A stretch of 64,000 nucleotides of DNA. It comes from Pocillopora damicornis (taxonomy: Eukaryota). Of the stretch, positions 22,433-35,861 are shown piece by piece (the stretch's first letter is position 1; each line of letters begins with the position of its first letter). The notes under the pieces were generated by a model. That model was not told the origin of the DNA and ran no database searches. It saw only the letters and a list, made by a program, of their open reading frames with translations. Position numbers and translations under genes: made by a program. Location: positions 124,001 through 188,000 of the forward strand of contig NW_020846216.1 in NCBI RefSeq assembly GCF_003704095.1, given 5' to 3'.

Positions 22433-23677
22433 GTTTTATTAAGGCGTTATCGATGTAAGTATTTTTCCGTTTTATTTTGTTTGTACTTTATATTCTTCAT
22501 AAATTGTTTATCCTACGTAACTTATCTCTTATTTACGTTTTTAGTTTCAACCTTTCTGTTAGCTTTTTTCGTCAAAACAAAAGTTATTGTTGAGAAGATA
22601 ACGCTTTCGTTGTTACATTCGCAAACTTTCATGTTGATAGCTGCACACACAATTGTTTTAGCAGTTTCACCTACGTTCTTAACGAAACTGTCCGGCTTTG
22701 AAAAGTGTTGTTTATGCAGGCGACTGCAGTTGGACAAGGACTGTACATCTGGACGAAAGCAAAAGCTCCTGCTTTACAAGCTGTCAGCTGAGCTCAACTG
22801 GCCATAAAATACTTTGTTGAAACGGTCTTATAAAAACATTCGATGACAAAAACATTGACACCTACAAAGCGGATGATCGGTGGTTTTACGGGTCTGNNNN
22901 NNNNNNNNNNNNNNNNNNNNNNNNNNNNNNNNNNNNNNNNNNNNNNNNNNNNNNNNNNNNNNNNNNNNNNNNNNNNNNNNNNNNNNNNNNNNNNNNNNNN
23001 NNNNNNNNNNNNNNNNNNNNNNNNNNNNNNNNNNNNNNNNNNNNNNNNNNNNNNNNNNNNNNNNNNNNNNNNNNNNNNNNNNNNNNNNNNNNNNNNNNNN
23101 NNNNNNNNNNNNNNNNNNNNNNNNNNNNNNNNNNNNNNNNNNNCCCCAGCAATAAAAATACCGTCTCAATAGCGGACGACCTTTGTGATTGATAACTGTT
23201 CAGATTGCTGTGTATTAGTCGATTTATAATTGAACGATCGATTTTTTCTATGGGTAGGCTATACTTACGACCAACGATATTACAATATTGCAGCGAATTG
23301 CATTATTAGTTTCTATGGCAATTAAGTACGATGGGGAAATATGCTGAGAGGTATATATTATCTTTTTTGTCAAGTCTCATGGAAAGCCATGATCAAACAT
23401 TGTCAATTGATTTGTCGCACAAAGTTCGGACTATTATTGACATCTTGTCAACTTACTTGTAAACTGTCCAATGATAGTGTTATTTATCTTGTTTGAAAAG
23501 CGAACGTGTATGTCTTGACAGATTGGAGGAGTACATCTTTTTCCCGTCATCTGATCAAAGCTTACTTTCTCTGGAAAGCGTTTAACTACACACTCTATCA
23601 TCTTTTTTCAGTTAAGCACATTCCCCTGAGGACGTCAGCTGGCACAATAGGCAGAAGTGTGAATTAAAAAGGTCACA

Positions 23678-26600
23678 ATGTCAAAAACAAAGATATTTTT
23701 TGTCAGTGTAGTAGTTATCTATGCTGAGATAGTGGCGAGTTGTGGAGGCAAAGGTTAGTTATCCTCGAAAAACCCTATTACGTGAATTTTAAACGTTGAA
23801 ATGTTCGCAATTTCTTTGATGCAAATTATTGCATGAGGGCAACGCCACATAATGTTACTGCCTAGCGTCTTGCAGATGGATGGTCTGATAAACGGTTACA
23901 AATAGAAAGAAAATGTTTAATAGGTGGCATTTAGTAGCGACGTACGTTAGTTTATCAACAGCCGCATAGAAGAGGCTGAAGCATGAACCACTTTTTCTAT
24001 GACATGTTATTAGTTTGACAAAGTTTAACTTTTAGTCGTAAAAAAAAGTTAACCGTTGAAATTTCTTTTCAACAGTAACGGAAAGAATTTAACCGTTAGC
24101 CGCAAAATGGCTAGAATATTAACCGTTCGCCGTTAAAGCCATTAATCCATCGAGACAATATATAATATACAATATACATCATAAGTAATAATTTAAATCT
24201 TAATGTTCACACAAAAGGGCTTCTTCTCTGCCATGCCAATAATTTTTTAACCACTTTCTGAGAATAACAGAAATAACCGAATCACGATTCCGAATTACAT
24301 TCACAGCATGATAAATTACATGAGTTCACGTATTGTAAAATACCGTTTTAATCTCACACCAAATAACAAATGTTTCATTAGAACAAGGAATGGGAAATAT
24401 ATGGAAACTTTCAAGATGTTGATTTACTGGAGAAAATTTCAGAGGAAAATAAATTGTCCTAATTTTCTCTATTCTGAAGTTTGAAATATCTATACAAGAA
24501 ACAGGATGATAACAAGGAAAAAAACATGAAACTGGAAAATATGATATATTTTCTATTTAATTATCAATCCTGAAAATCTTTAGAAATTGGACTAGTTTCA
24601 TTTTGTACATTCAAAATATATCTGTCGCTTTTCTTCCGATGGCTTCAGGTGTTTGCTCCGAATAAGTGATTCAGCGAGGAATTTGATATCATTTCGCGTA
24701 CATCTAAGGAATCGCGCTGTTTTTTCTCACATCCTTCTTAGAACCAACGCAACTGAAGTAACTTCTTATTCCGGAAATGAAAAAGATTGTTAAATGTATT
24801 TGCAATCGTATGTGGTAACTTTTTATCGTTTGTTTTTAGGTTTTACCGTTAACAAATTTCATAATGTTTAAAAAGCCGTGATGATAATGCCACCCTTTTT
24901 TATCACAGTTGTTTGTTCCTATTCCTCTTTCACTGGGGATTAATTATATTTTATCCAATATTTGTAGAAACCTATAACATGAAAATTAAACGTTTGTTGT
25001 TATTATATACAGTCCTAAACAAGCAATCAGATGTTAGCTAGGAAAGGAGAGATAATAATTAGAAAGATACAATGAAGTTTTGTCGCTTACATTGGAAAGG
25101 TTTGTTTATTGATTCATCGATGCAAAAAAAATTTCCTTTTTCCCACGAGAAAACGCTTGGGAATAGTTATTTTAAGAAATGAATTTCGAATGGTTTACGT
25201 AGGTTATAGCGAACTAAAAAATTAAAAACTTTCTTTTTCAAGTCGGATTTGTGCAGCTGAAAGTTCATGCTATAGGCAGCGGATTCTTATTCAACTCCGG
25301 TAAACGCTCTCTCGCATTCAAATTGAGATCTTAGCTATTTGAATGTTATTATAAATATTATCAGCTAATCTTCGTCGCCATGGTTTTAATCTCGCACTTG
25401 CCTTTGGTTGTCGAGTGAATCGACTGTAATTCTATAAGAACTCTGCCTTCCTCTACGAAACTGCTTTTACACAGAAGTTTGGAAATCTCATAATTTCGTT
25501 GAGAGCAAACATTCCATATCTAATTTATTGTCTCAGTCTTCATTAGTATTTGTATTTGTTTTATAAACTGAGTTATACAAATAAAACTGCCATTTTGCTG
25601 AATTCCCTGTAAATCTAATTATTTTCGGGGTTACACGACTCACATTTAACGCATTTCTAAATAGAAAAACCTCAATTTGTAAACTCCGTAAATGCTTATG
25701 TTTAAGCAAAGTAAGAAAACTGTGAATTTACAGAACTTTGTAAATAAGATTGTTTTGAGATTCCGTATGTCCCTGACCTGGGTTGATGAGGTTATTATCC
25801 AGACTAAATGATATTAGGTGAAGCAATTTCCGTTTCTTTGTACTAAATGCCGTGGTGAAAACGTAAACGGACAATGCCTGAAAAGCTCATAACTTTTAAT
25901 TTACAAAATAACATGAGCTTCATTAATACACGCAAATTAATAATTATTTTAGTTTATCTAACGTGTTGAAGGCTGTTTCATTTCAAATCTTTTAAATTAA
26001 AATCTTAAATATAAACTGTCGAATGAGTACTCTAGCATAACATGTTTTTTTTTACCTAATAATTTTTCTTTCTTATACTTTAGGAAATAAATGGGATCGT
26101 TTGCTGGGTGAGTATCGAATGCAAATGATTCAGTCAATGTCTTTATAACGATTAAGTTGAAGGGAAAAGGAAAGAAAGATATCACTTTTACAGACAGCCT
26201 CTAAAAATCGTTTCAATATTTATTTCCTAGCCTAAGAACAACTATGCTTTACTAAGGCGGCAATAAAATCGCATACTCGTCGCTTACAGTTCCTCGCCCT
26301 AGTCATGATCTAAACTTGTGCAACGAAATACGACCCCTAAAACTTATTCTGCAGACTCTGAATGATGCCTTCGAAATTTCAAGAGGGCCGTAGCCTGCTG
26401 ATGTTGTTTTTTTTTCTGTTGTTGTTGTTGTTGCTTTTTCTATCACCGTTGAAATTTCTTGATCTAAGGTTTAGAGTAATTTGAGAAAAAGGGAAAATGC
26501 GTAACATGGAGAGTTTGTAACCCATTAACGTAAGGGTTTAATCTCGGTGACGCGAGAAAAGAAGGTACTGGAACGTCGCTTTTAGACTTGCTTTTACAGC

Positions 26601-28195
26601 CTCACACTTTTCGTGTATCGTTTGACAATGAGTGATTTCTCACTCTTTTATTTACCTACGTGATATATTCTTTGTCACTATTTTTTTTCTTCGTTCCTGC
26701 CCAGTGAATTTCCCGAATCTAACGCCACTTCCGCGGACGGAAGATCAAGCTTTAAAAGAGGGATGGAGAAACGACGCCTCGTGTGGTATTACAAGACATT
26801 TAGTTTGTTGAATAGATCGTACCTAGACACCGCACACATTCTTAGCATTGTAGATGTCTTCTTCTGACAAAAGTTTTTATTTTAACTGATAGTGATCTGG
26901 CCAAAGACAAAACAATTTTTTTAAGCTCCTCTTCTTTCTTTTCGTGGAACGCGGTCTCAACAGTTTTTCATTTCGTTGCAGAATCTCAAAATCCATTTTA
27001 TGGAAACAGATATGCTCTGGGCGATGATATTTCCACGAGGTTGTTATTTGATTCTGAAGGAAACCTCGCTGGAATACAAGGAACGGTGAGATTGCGATAG
27101 ATGCTTCAGCTCTTTGCGCGCATTGGACTATAGGCAGTTCCTCCTCTTCGGCATAGTCCATTAAGCAAGTTGAAAAAAATTGGCGAAATGATAAAAAAGA
27201 AGAAGAAAAGACTGATGTGAACGCACCGCACGGAGTTCTGGGAGAACTCTGTTTGTCTCACTCCCAGAGTTCCGTGTGGGGCGCTAACATCAGTTTTGTT
27301 TTGTATGTTCTTTTTTCTTTTTCTGATTGGCGCGACGGTCATCGGATGAAAGGAAGTAGTCTAAGTGCACACTAGCACAGCCAAATTGCTGAAAAACCCA
27401 GAGTTTAGTTGTAAAAACCACCTTTCGTAGTTGAGGTATTACTCAAAGTACTTGTAAAGACGGGAATTGTTGAAATATATGCTTTTGGAGTTGGGCAGTC
27501 TTCAATTCAATTTACTTAAGGCTAGTTTATCAACTTGGACCATTGGACCACCGTCTAATAAATTAATTACAATATGTGTTCCTCCCTACCCCTAAAAGAT
27601 TACAGAATCAGATGACCTTATCCTCTCACCCACCCGACCCCGACCGTCGGCTTTTGTCAAGGACGATCATGGCCACTACCTTTTCACGGCGTACTTCACT
27701 AAAAAGCCTCAAAACATCTGCAAGAAGAAGCCTCAACGTAAAGGCGAGGACACTCTTGTCATCCAGACTAGTGACGTCAGATTGTGTGGCAAACCGAGGT
27801 TTATGGAAATTCCTCTTGAGGAAAAGAAGCTGGACAGCAAATGGGTGCAGGGACAATGCTTTAGAAACATGGGTCAGAACAGTCAAATTCGTTTTTAAAT
27901 CGTCAATACTATTTGTCTTATTCTTTACGATACTTTTTCTTCAACTTTCAGCTGAGTTTATGAAAGCATGAGCTCGAATGAACAAGCGTTTTTTTTTCTT
28001 TTGTATTTTTCTGTTTCAGCTGAGGGGAGGCAAACACGAAAGGGATAGACACGCACTAGCTTTTAAATTTGCCGAGTAGAAAACTTTTTTATTAAGACGT
28101 GTTATATTTCTATACTGTTTTCACTTACTCCAGCACCTTTTAACCCCAAATCGGTATGCCAGTTTATGATATGAGAGAAAGTCGATTCCCCATAC

Positions 28196-28264
<69 letters not shown>

Positions 28265-29130
28265 GATTTACAATTAAAAACTTTTAATACAAAATCTCTG
28301 CTTTTCCAGGAGTCCATTACTGGTACGGTATTTCCGAAAACATGCACTGTGACCAGTCCTACCCAGTGTTTCTGTTGTACGATCCGGTGACTCGCCGGCT
28401 CAAGTCTTTTGGATGGGCGGCATTAGCTAACCTCACGAGTCCTATGTGGGAGCACCCTCCAATTCCGTTTCTATCGGTAAGGATGAGGCTGTTTCATCAA
28501 AAAATTTCTGGTGCTTTTCATTCGACAAGACCCCCTGGGAAAAAGGATGGAGGAAGTTGGGTCGGGAAGCATTCAAAGAAAGTGTGGGGTGTGCCGCCGG
28601 CTCTTAAAACCGTGAACCTATTTCAGGGAGAATCCCTTCGCTACTCTTAAGATAAGGATTTTTATGAATTGTGGTATATCAATCACATGGATGCATGCTT
28701 GTGATAGAGAAATTTTAAGATTAGACTTACCAGAAGCAGAAATACATATAACGCATCAACCCAATTTACAATTCGTTTAAGGCTTCTGATCCAGAACGAC
28801 AGCTTATTCAAAAGGCAAAACAGTCAGAGTCTGTACTCTGCTTGAGAATAATGACCCCGAAGGCCACACCCTTTTGGGTGGTGCATGCATTTGTTTGGCC
28901 GAAATAAAGAGTGCCCCACCCACCGGGTCTGACTGACCATTCGCATGAAGAATACTGTTTTTAATTGGATCTGAACGACCACAGGAATCACTTATTAAGT
29001 TAAATCCACTACTTTTGATTTTCAGCTCTTCTTCAAACCTCCGGTGCCAAAATGTCTGCTGAGCAGAAAAGTAATTTCAACTCAGCATATTTATCTCACC
29101 GATCCGAATCAGTTAATTTGCAGCAAGTAA
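23678..29130 (+). CDS. Uncharacterised secreted Cys-containing protein, paralog B (7 exons, 276 aa)
   Basis: Exons 23678-23753 (MSKTKIFFVSVVVIYAEIVASCGGKG), 26084-26107, 26705-26785, 26982-27085, 27599-27872, 28310-28476 and 29026-29130. Exons 4, 6 and 7 (104, 167 and 105 nt) are identical in length to those of paralog A. Shared motifs: FYGNRY, RLxFDxxGxLAGxQ, WVxGxCxxxMGVHY, PVFLL, FGW, WExP, QHxYxxDP. Confidence 0.88.
28195..28264. repeat. (TA)n microsatellite
   Basis: About 35 TA units with rare interruptions. Confidence 0.97.
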
Positions 29131-30648
29131 AAGAGTAATCATTTAATCACGTGATGGTGGAACACTTGACAAGTGCCTGAGTGCACGGGCTGCGCACATG
29201 ATTGCATTTACCCGATGGTCATTTCCGTTATGTGAATAAAAAAGAATAAGCTGATAAAGTAGCAGTTCTGTTGTTTTAGTTTGCTATTCTAGACATAGAT
29301 GCCATTGGAAAATTATCTAACAAGGGAAACCTAACTAAAAGGTCACTTTTTCGTATCAAGGTTGAGATATTTTTGAAATTCGAATCAGAAAAATTCATCA
29401 TTTTTAAGTCGTCCGTTTTGTGCTGGTTTTGTTCCCGTGCGCATCAATTCTCGATGATAAATTAGCTATCAAGATGCGTAAGTTTGTGAAGATATAAAAA
29501 TCGGAATCGCTGAACGAACAAAGAGTGATAATTCTAAATTTCTGTTCAGTTTTAAGACCTGATCTCCCTCTTAGTGCGCTAAACATGTTGATATTAATCA
29601 AGCTTTTATGAATGTATGGATTTTAAATTCAACCCTTGGTATCAGGAGTGTATTTTTCCAGAATCTTGACACTTCGCGTGGTCACGCTGCATGTTAAACC
29701 TTTTGCGTTATGTTAACATAAAGTTGCAATGCTTCCAATGCTAGTTCCAAACTAAACTAAATAGGGAAGATCTCTTAAAAGATGCTAAATAAATGGCTCT
29801 TTAGAACACCGTAAGGGTGAAATAAAATTGCTCATCAGGAACTTCCATATTTAACTTGAGAGTTGGATAAATCTTGCGAAATTCACTGCGCACTCATTCT
29901 TAAAAACCTGGCGCGCAATTGATTACGGGTAATTAATTTATGATAATTAATTTACACCTGCGCACGGACAGTTTGCGCTTGAAAAGAATTGAAAGAAGCT
30001 TCCGCGAAGAGAACGTGAAAAATGTTCGATAGTAACTCCAAATATCGTTAATCATGAACAGGTAAGCACATAATTAATCAGATTAGTTAGTTACAGGGCC
30101 GATTTGACCAGTAAGCAAAGCATTTCTAATCTACCGCTGTTTCTCAAGAAGCAGTTCAGTTTCTCATAGGCAATAGAGACCTTTATTATTTGTTCTCACG
30201 AACTGATAAACAATATTTAGTAATCTAATAGAGAGGCTTCTCCAAACTCGTAGATTTGAATGCAAAAAAACGCAGTTCTATAGTAATTTTTGTTAGCGCA
30301 AATACCAAAACGTCGTCAACGACAATAAATCGTAACTGTTACTGTATTTATAGGAAAATCCAAAACGTGATATGTATTTTTAATACCATGGGAATTTGTT
30401 TTAAACTGATTTTCAGTGGATTTTGAGCGTAACTTCGCAAGTTTTTAATCGAGTTCAAATTCTCGTTGACAACGCTGTACTTGTCCTACGAAATCTACAA
30501 ATAATTTTAGACTAATAAAATTAATCAGAGTTTATCATCAAGTTTTGAGGTTGGTCTATTGTTTTTCTCATTGTCTTTTTTGTGTTAAACAGGTCTTTTT
30601 GCCCTTCAGTTCTTACTAAACAATGTAATCGTGGATTGGACTAGCAGA

Positions 30649-33600
30649 ATGGTCCGTAAGGAGCCCTGTCCCAGCTATAAATTCTCAAAAAGGAAGAGAA
30701 CATGGTTAATACTCGTAATAACTTTGTCTACCATTGTTTTGATTAAAATCATCCAATCACCGTCATCGGATCAACTCAGAACTACTGACTTCATGAGACA
30801 GTGGTGTCGAATAAGACATATGCGAGTGGACTGGGAACAAATATTAAAACCTTGCCGTGGGAACCTAGCCTGGGGTGTTTCATTGCCGGGCTGGGAAGTG
30901 AAACACCGCACGGACCCCGATGTGAGTTACATTTCTATGTGGGACATTCGACCGTGTGGTGAATTTAGCAGGTTCAGCATCAGGACAGTGACGAGCAGTG
31001 GCCAGGGAAAGACAATCGGAGGAGACTCGTGGCGGGTACAGCTCAAGGGCCCTGCCTCAGTTGCTGGGACTGTTTTTGATCACATGAATGGAACCTATGA
31101 AATCGTGTTCCTTATTACGGAGCCCGGTAATTATCAGGTAGAAGCGGTTTTGGATCATTCGCTTTGCAATGGATTTAGAGATCCGCCTTCTGAATGGTTT
31201 ATTGTTGGTAAGTCAATCACTTCTAGTGCGGTTGTTGTTGTTGTCACCAAAGTGCCGAATAATTATAATATTTGCAATATTAGCGCTCAATAGCACAGCA
31301 TTAATATATATGAACAATCAAACTGAATTTCATTGTTTTTTTAACCTTTAATGTCTCTGGTGCTGTTAATCAATGAAATTTAAATTCCGAGAAATTACTA
31401 AACCTAAAGAACAATTTTCAACCTTTCAAGATTTTAACGCTCTCAGATTTTCGTAGAGAATGATCTAGCTGCAAGGATTAATTTTCACTTGATCATATTA
31501 AGAATAAGCGTAGCAAAATTACAGTTAAGCAGACGCACGCAGCTATCTTTTGATAATGCTAGAAATCCGGTAGTTCTCAATAAAAGAACCTAGAAGTAAG
31601 CCTCGTTGACCAAAAGAGGATCACTCCAAGGTTCAAATATCCCACACAGTACTCATTCCAAACGGAAAATTCCCCCTAGCTCTTTTGATAACCAAGATAT
31701 CTAACCTACAGGTGAAGGCATTATTTGTAACCCTAATGTTGCTAGGAGACGCGGTAGCTGAATAATTAGCACGCTGGACTCCAGGTCGAGAGGTCTGAGC
31801 TACAAACCTTGTTAGGTCAATGAGTCTTGTTCTTGAGCAAAACAGTTTACTCTCACAGTGCTTCTCTCTACCCAGGAGTATTTTAAGGGAACCGGTACAT
31901 TTTCAGCGAAAACGTTTGACAAATTTGATACTTTGAAGGAAACGCTCAAGGCAAAAACCAACAAGAGGGAGTACTGGGACCCACTAAACGTAAAGCTGAA
32001 CGGCCTTACATTCTGAAGCCCCTGAGATCTGGTAACCCTATATGGATTACCATACGTCCGATGCCTCCTGGGAAACAGCCTCTATATCAAGGTGAGGCGA
32101 TACATTAAAGCATAGTGGCACGCTGCGTGATCAAGGAAGTTACATATTGGTGGAAGGTTCTTTGGAAACCTTACTCTTGTTTAATGGTTCATTGTAATTA
32201 GGGAGAGCAATCTTCAATGATTATTTAAAGGGATGTAGAAGTATCCTTGGTTTTGCTCCACCGAGGATTATTTGACCCTTGAATAAAGTTCTAATTTAAA
32301 AACAAGTTTCTTCTTTCTGTTGGTGGTCGAGGAAACACAAATTATCTTCCTCATCAATCACACGTGAAACTAAAACCATTCACGACTTGATCACGTGCAT
32401 CGTTTCCCGCTCTTAAAGGTGCTTAATTTTGTTTGAGTTCTCAATGGCTCTTTGTGATTCTCCCTTTTCATCTGATTGGCCATTGCAAGGATTTTATTGC
32501 TTTGTAGCTGCATTTCTAGTTCTATTACTCCACCTGAGTGCTACCTTTTCAGAGCCAAAACAAAAAATCGATGAGCTCTGATTTGATCTCATTTCTTTTC
32601 AGTGGTGCAAACCGCAGCTTTCGACCTAACTTGTGGAATTCACTGCAAATTTCTTTGGGATGGATTTGGCAATTGGGTCAATGGTCGACAAGGGTCAGTC
32701 ACATGGCGGCCTTTCATAGGAGGAGACGGTGAGATGAAGACTCCTTTCCGGCTCTAACATTTTCTGGGTTATGTCACGCATTCGTTCGCCTGTGTCACGC
32801 GTTTTTACACCATGATCACACATTTGTATTCCATAGTCACCCCTACCTTTCTCACGGTCACGAGTTCTCACCTCATTGTCGGTTTGTCACGCGTTCCTTC
32901 CTTACTAGTTCGTGTGTTTGGAACGCACGACGAAGCCTAGGGATTGTCTAGATGGGTAGCCAATAGGAAACCGGAATAGATTCAAGATACAATCACAAAG
33001 ACTCACCATAGGTGTTGTGACAAATTGCGATAAAGCTACATTATAATAATTTCTCTTTATGAGAAGGCAGTCTCTTTGTCGATGGAAGTTGTTACTGACG
33101 TCTGAACAAACTGAGTGCAAGTCATCATCATCGAGAAAACTGAAAGAGCAAATTGTATTTTCCAACGAAACATCGTTGAGAGAACTAGTCTAACTGCTTC
33201 GTATAATTTTACTCCAGATAAAGACAGGCGCAGTTCCTTAGATCCTAGTCCTCTGCGGAGAGATAGTGTGCTGTGGATATATGGCGACTCGGTCAGTGAG
33301 CAGTTTTTCTGGGGAGTCAGGCCGAGACCGCTATGCACTAACGTTTTCAAGTGGTGCGGGCACACGTACAACTGGATATATCAGTTGAAAGGTGATGAAG
33401 TTTAATTCCAATATATTTCGAATTTCTACAAGATTTCTTAGTAAGATTTGGGGCTCGGTCACTCGGAAGGGGCTCACATTTCCAATGCTTTCTTTCTTTG
33501 TTGTTCGCAGGAAACATTTCTTCTGCTAAAACCGCAGATGACAATCTCGATTTTAATTTTATGAGAGTTGTTAGTGAACTTTTAGATGTCATATCCAAAC

Positions 33601-34330
33601 CATTTTTTGACAAGAACAGTGTTATCTTATTTAATGCCGGTCTACATTACTTGGAGAGTACAAACTTCTCCAACTATCAGAAGACAATTGAGTCGCTAAT
33701 AAGACTCGTCCAAGAAACAAAGATGGTGAAGAGGTCTGATGGAAATCTACTTTTTCCTGGAGAAATGATCTGGAGAACAACAACGGCCTTGAATAAACAA
33801 AAACTTGACGGGAAACACATTCAAGCTAGGAGATTTTTAACATACCAGGTATGAAATGTTCATTTATTAGGAGTACTTTCCTACAGATGTTATTCACTCG
33901 GATATATCTTCCATTTGTTTTTGACAATATTCGCATCAAACACCATTTCGTATTAATTTTTTGGATCTATATCAGTATCTGGGCAACTGCCCACCTACCC
34001 CTCCCCTAACCCAACATTAACCCTAACTTGTTATCAATTGACTGTTGTTGGGTTAGGGGAGGGGTAGGTGGGCAGTTGCCCAGATACTGATATTGATCTA
34101 ATTTTTTTTCTCAGCAGCGAGTCCTTCTCTTTAACGCATTCGCCACCTCAGCAATGTGTAGAGCCAATGTCCCTGTCCTGGACGTTCATCCGCTGACCGA
34201 TTCTTATCCATACGGGACGGGCACACCCTCCAGACCGAGAGACGCTGTGCACTATGAACATTTCGTATTCGAGTCGGCTGAGAGACTATTGGAAGATTAT
34301 TTTTACAGAACTTACAAGAGAGAAGGGTGA
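30649..34330 (+). CDS. NXPE-like / PC-esterase (SGNH) type II membrane protein, copy 1 (6 coding exons, about 520 aa)
   Basis: Exons 30649-31207, 31939-32091, 32603-32728, 33218-33391, 33511-33848 and 34118-34330. Signal anchor (WLILVITLSTIVLIKII), NXPE Ig-like GGDSWRV...VFDHMNGTYEIVF, WIYGDS (33283-33291), NAGLHY, IWRTT and DAVH (34241-34252). Confidence 0.88.
31745..31905 (+). mobile_element. tRNA-derived SINE, 5' part
   Basis: tRNA-like head GGAGACGCGGTAGCTGAATAATTAGCACGCTGGACTCCAGGTCGAGAGGTCTGAG followed by the family body. Confidence 0.6.
33963..34099. mobile_element. Palindromic (hairpin) MITE
   Basis: Near-perfect arms of about 53 bp: GGATCTATATCAGTATCTGGGCAACTGCCCACCTACCCCTCCCCTAACCCAACA and its reverse complement. 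Confidence 0.85.
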
Positions 34331-35861
34331 CAATTTTTGTCAACAGATAGCTTGTAATAAAATCATTTTCTTACCTGTGGTGTGCTACCATTTTCATTTC
34401 ATCGGAACCGGAACCGAAGAGTTAGAAAAAGAACAAAGCCAATCGGAAATAATTGGAGAACCGTCTACAATTAGACGGGACCGTTCAAAATCAGACGGAA
34501 CCGTCCAAGATTGAAATTAGACAGAACAGAGCATAATACTTATTTTTCTTCTGTTTTGTCAAGAAATTACTGTAGTACGCTTTGATTTATCGGCTTTTCT
34601 AGGATTTAAAACAAAATTTCTAACAACTCATCCGTTAGAGTCGACATTCTGGCATAGTTTTTGTCGAACGGATCTTAACACAAACTGCTAACTACCAGAA
34701 CAAATAAAGGATTATTTGTTTCCAATTATTTCTGATGTGAATAGAGCACCAAAACAGCGACTGGTACTAAAACATCACGTGCTATGGAAAGAACCTCATT
34801 ATATTTTTCCAGGTTAAATCAAACAAAAAGACTACAGGGACGACAGAAATTCAATTCGTTTGACGATCGTTTAATCCCTACCGCATGGAATGAAGCCATT
34901 TGATGTTTTTTGGGGACGAAGAAATCATACTTTTGAATTATCACAACAGAGGTTTGTCGACAATAATTTCAAATCAGTTAAAATTATATTTTTGCTGGTG
35001 TTACCGGTCGCAATACAAGCGTGACTGAACAAAACAAAGGTAATTTCATGTTTAGCGCTGAGATAGTTAATGAAGTTTCTTGAAGAACAGCCATGAAGAT
35101 TATTGCTTCGTTAGTAATAGCATTGATGGCCAAAATCTCGATTAAAGCTGAAAGAAAGCTGCGAAACTTTAAGAGTCGGTTTCTCTATTTTGCCTTAATC
35201 TTTCTAAGATTATTTTTGGAGGGTTACGAGTCAGGAATCTTGAAAATTGTGCAATTTAAGCATTGGGATCTTTGTTATTATTACAGTTTTATTCCAAAAA
35301 TTGAACCCGAGATCAGGTTGCCAGAAGTCGAGTGTCTTCAGAAGAACCAATGAGCTGAGTGTTAATTCTTATCGTCTCAAGAAGCAATATCCGTGTCTGA
35401 ATAAAAATAAATTAAGACCTTTTTTTACCCTAACATCAACAGGCATATTCTCCATACTGCTCTCTATACATTTTCTAAGGTGCTGACAAGGAGAGTCTGT
35501 TTAACAATCAAGAGCTTCTTAAATTGGCGGTCATTTCATATATTCTCTTGACCATAATGTGTTATTCTGAGGTGATGAGATAAGGAGAAAGTTCGTGCTG
35601 GTCTTTTCCAAACTATAATGATAGTTTCCATGAAGAAAGTCGCGAGTATAGCTGTCATTGATCGCGTTCACGAACCTCCTACTGTTAATTAATTGTTTTG
35701 TGGTTCTGTTTACTATTTTGTATAACAAAACTTTTCCTTAATAGACATTGTGTCTATGAGCCGTTAGCCATGCATTATCGTTGGTTTCTGACTCATTTCT
35801 GTTCATTTATCCTAGGCTCCTCTCATGTTCAAATCGCTCTTAGTTTTCAAGAGTGCTTTCT

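Noticed and set aside
22481-22896. Possible transposase or other coding remnant next to the gap
   Set aside because: Frames are interrupted and no motif could be recognised. It would need BLASTx or an HMM search.
22828-23172. ORFs spanning N runs (also 3944-4297, 13956-14371 and 47559-47795)
   Set aside because: Open only because of assembly gaps. The real part of 14033-14408 is a PAF1 exon.
33995-34070. Interstitial telomeric repeat functionally linked to STN1
   Set aside because: Only isolated CCCTAA/TTAGGG hexamers inside a dispersed MITE, far from STN1.
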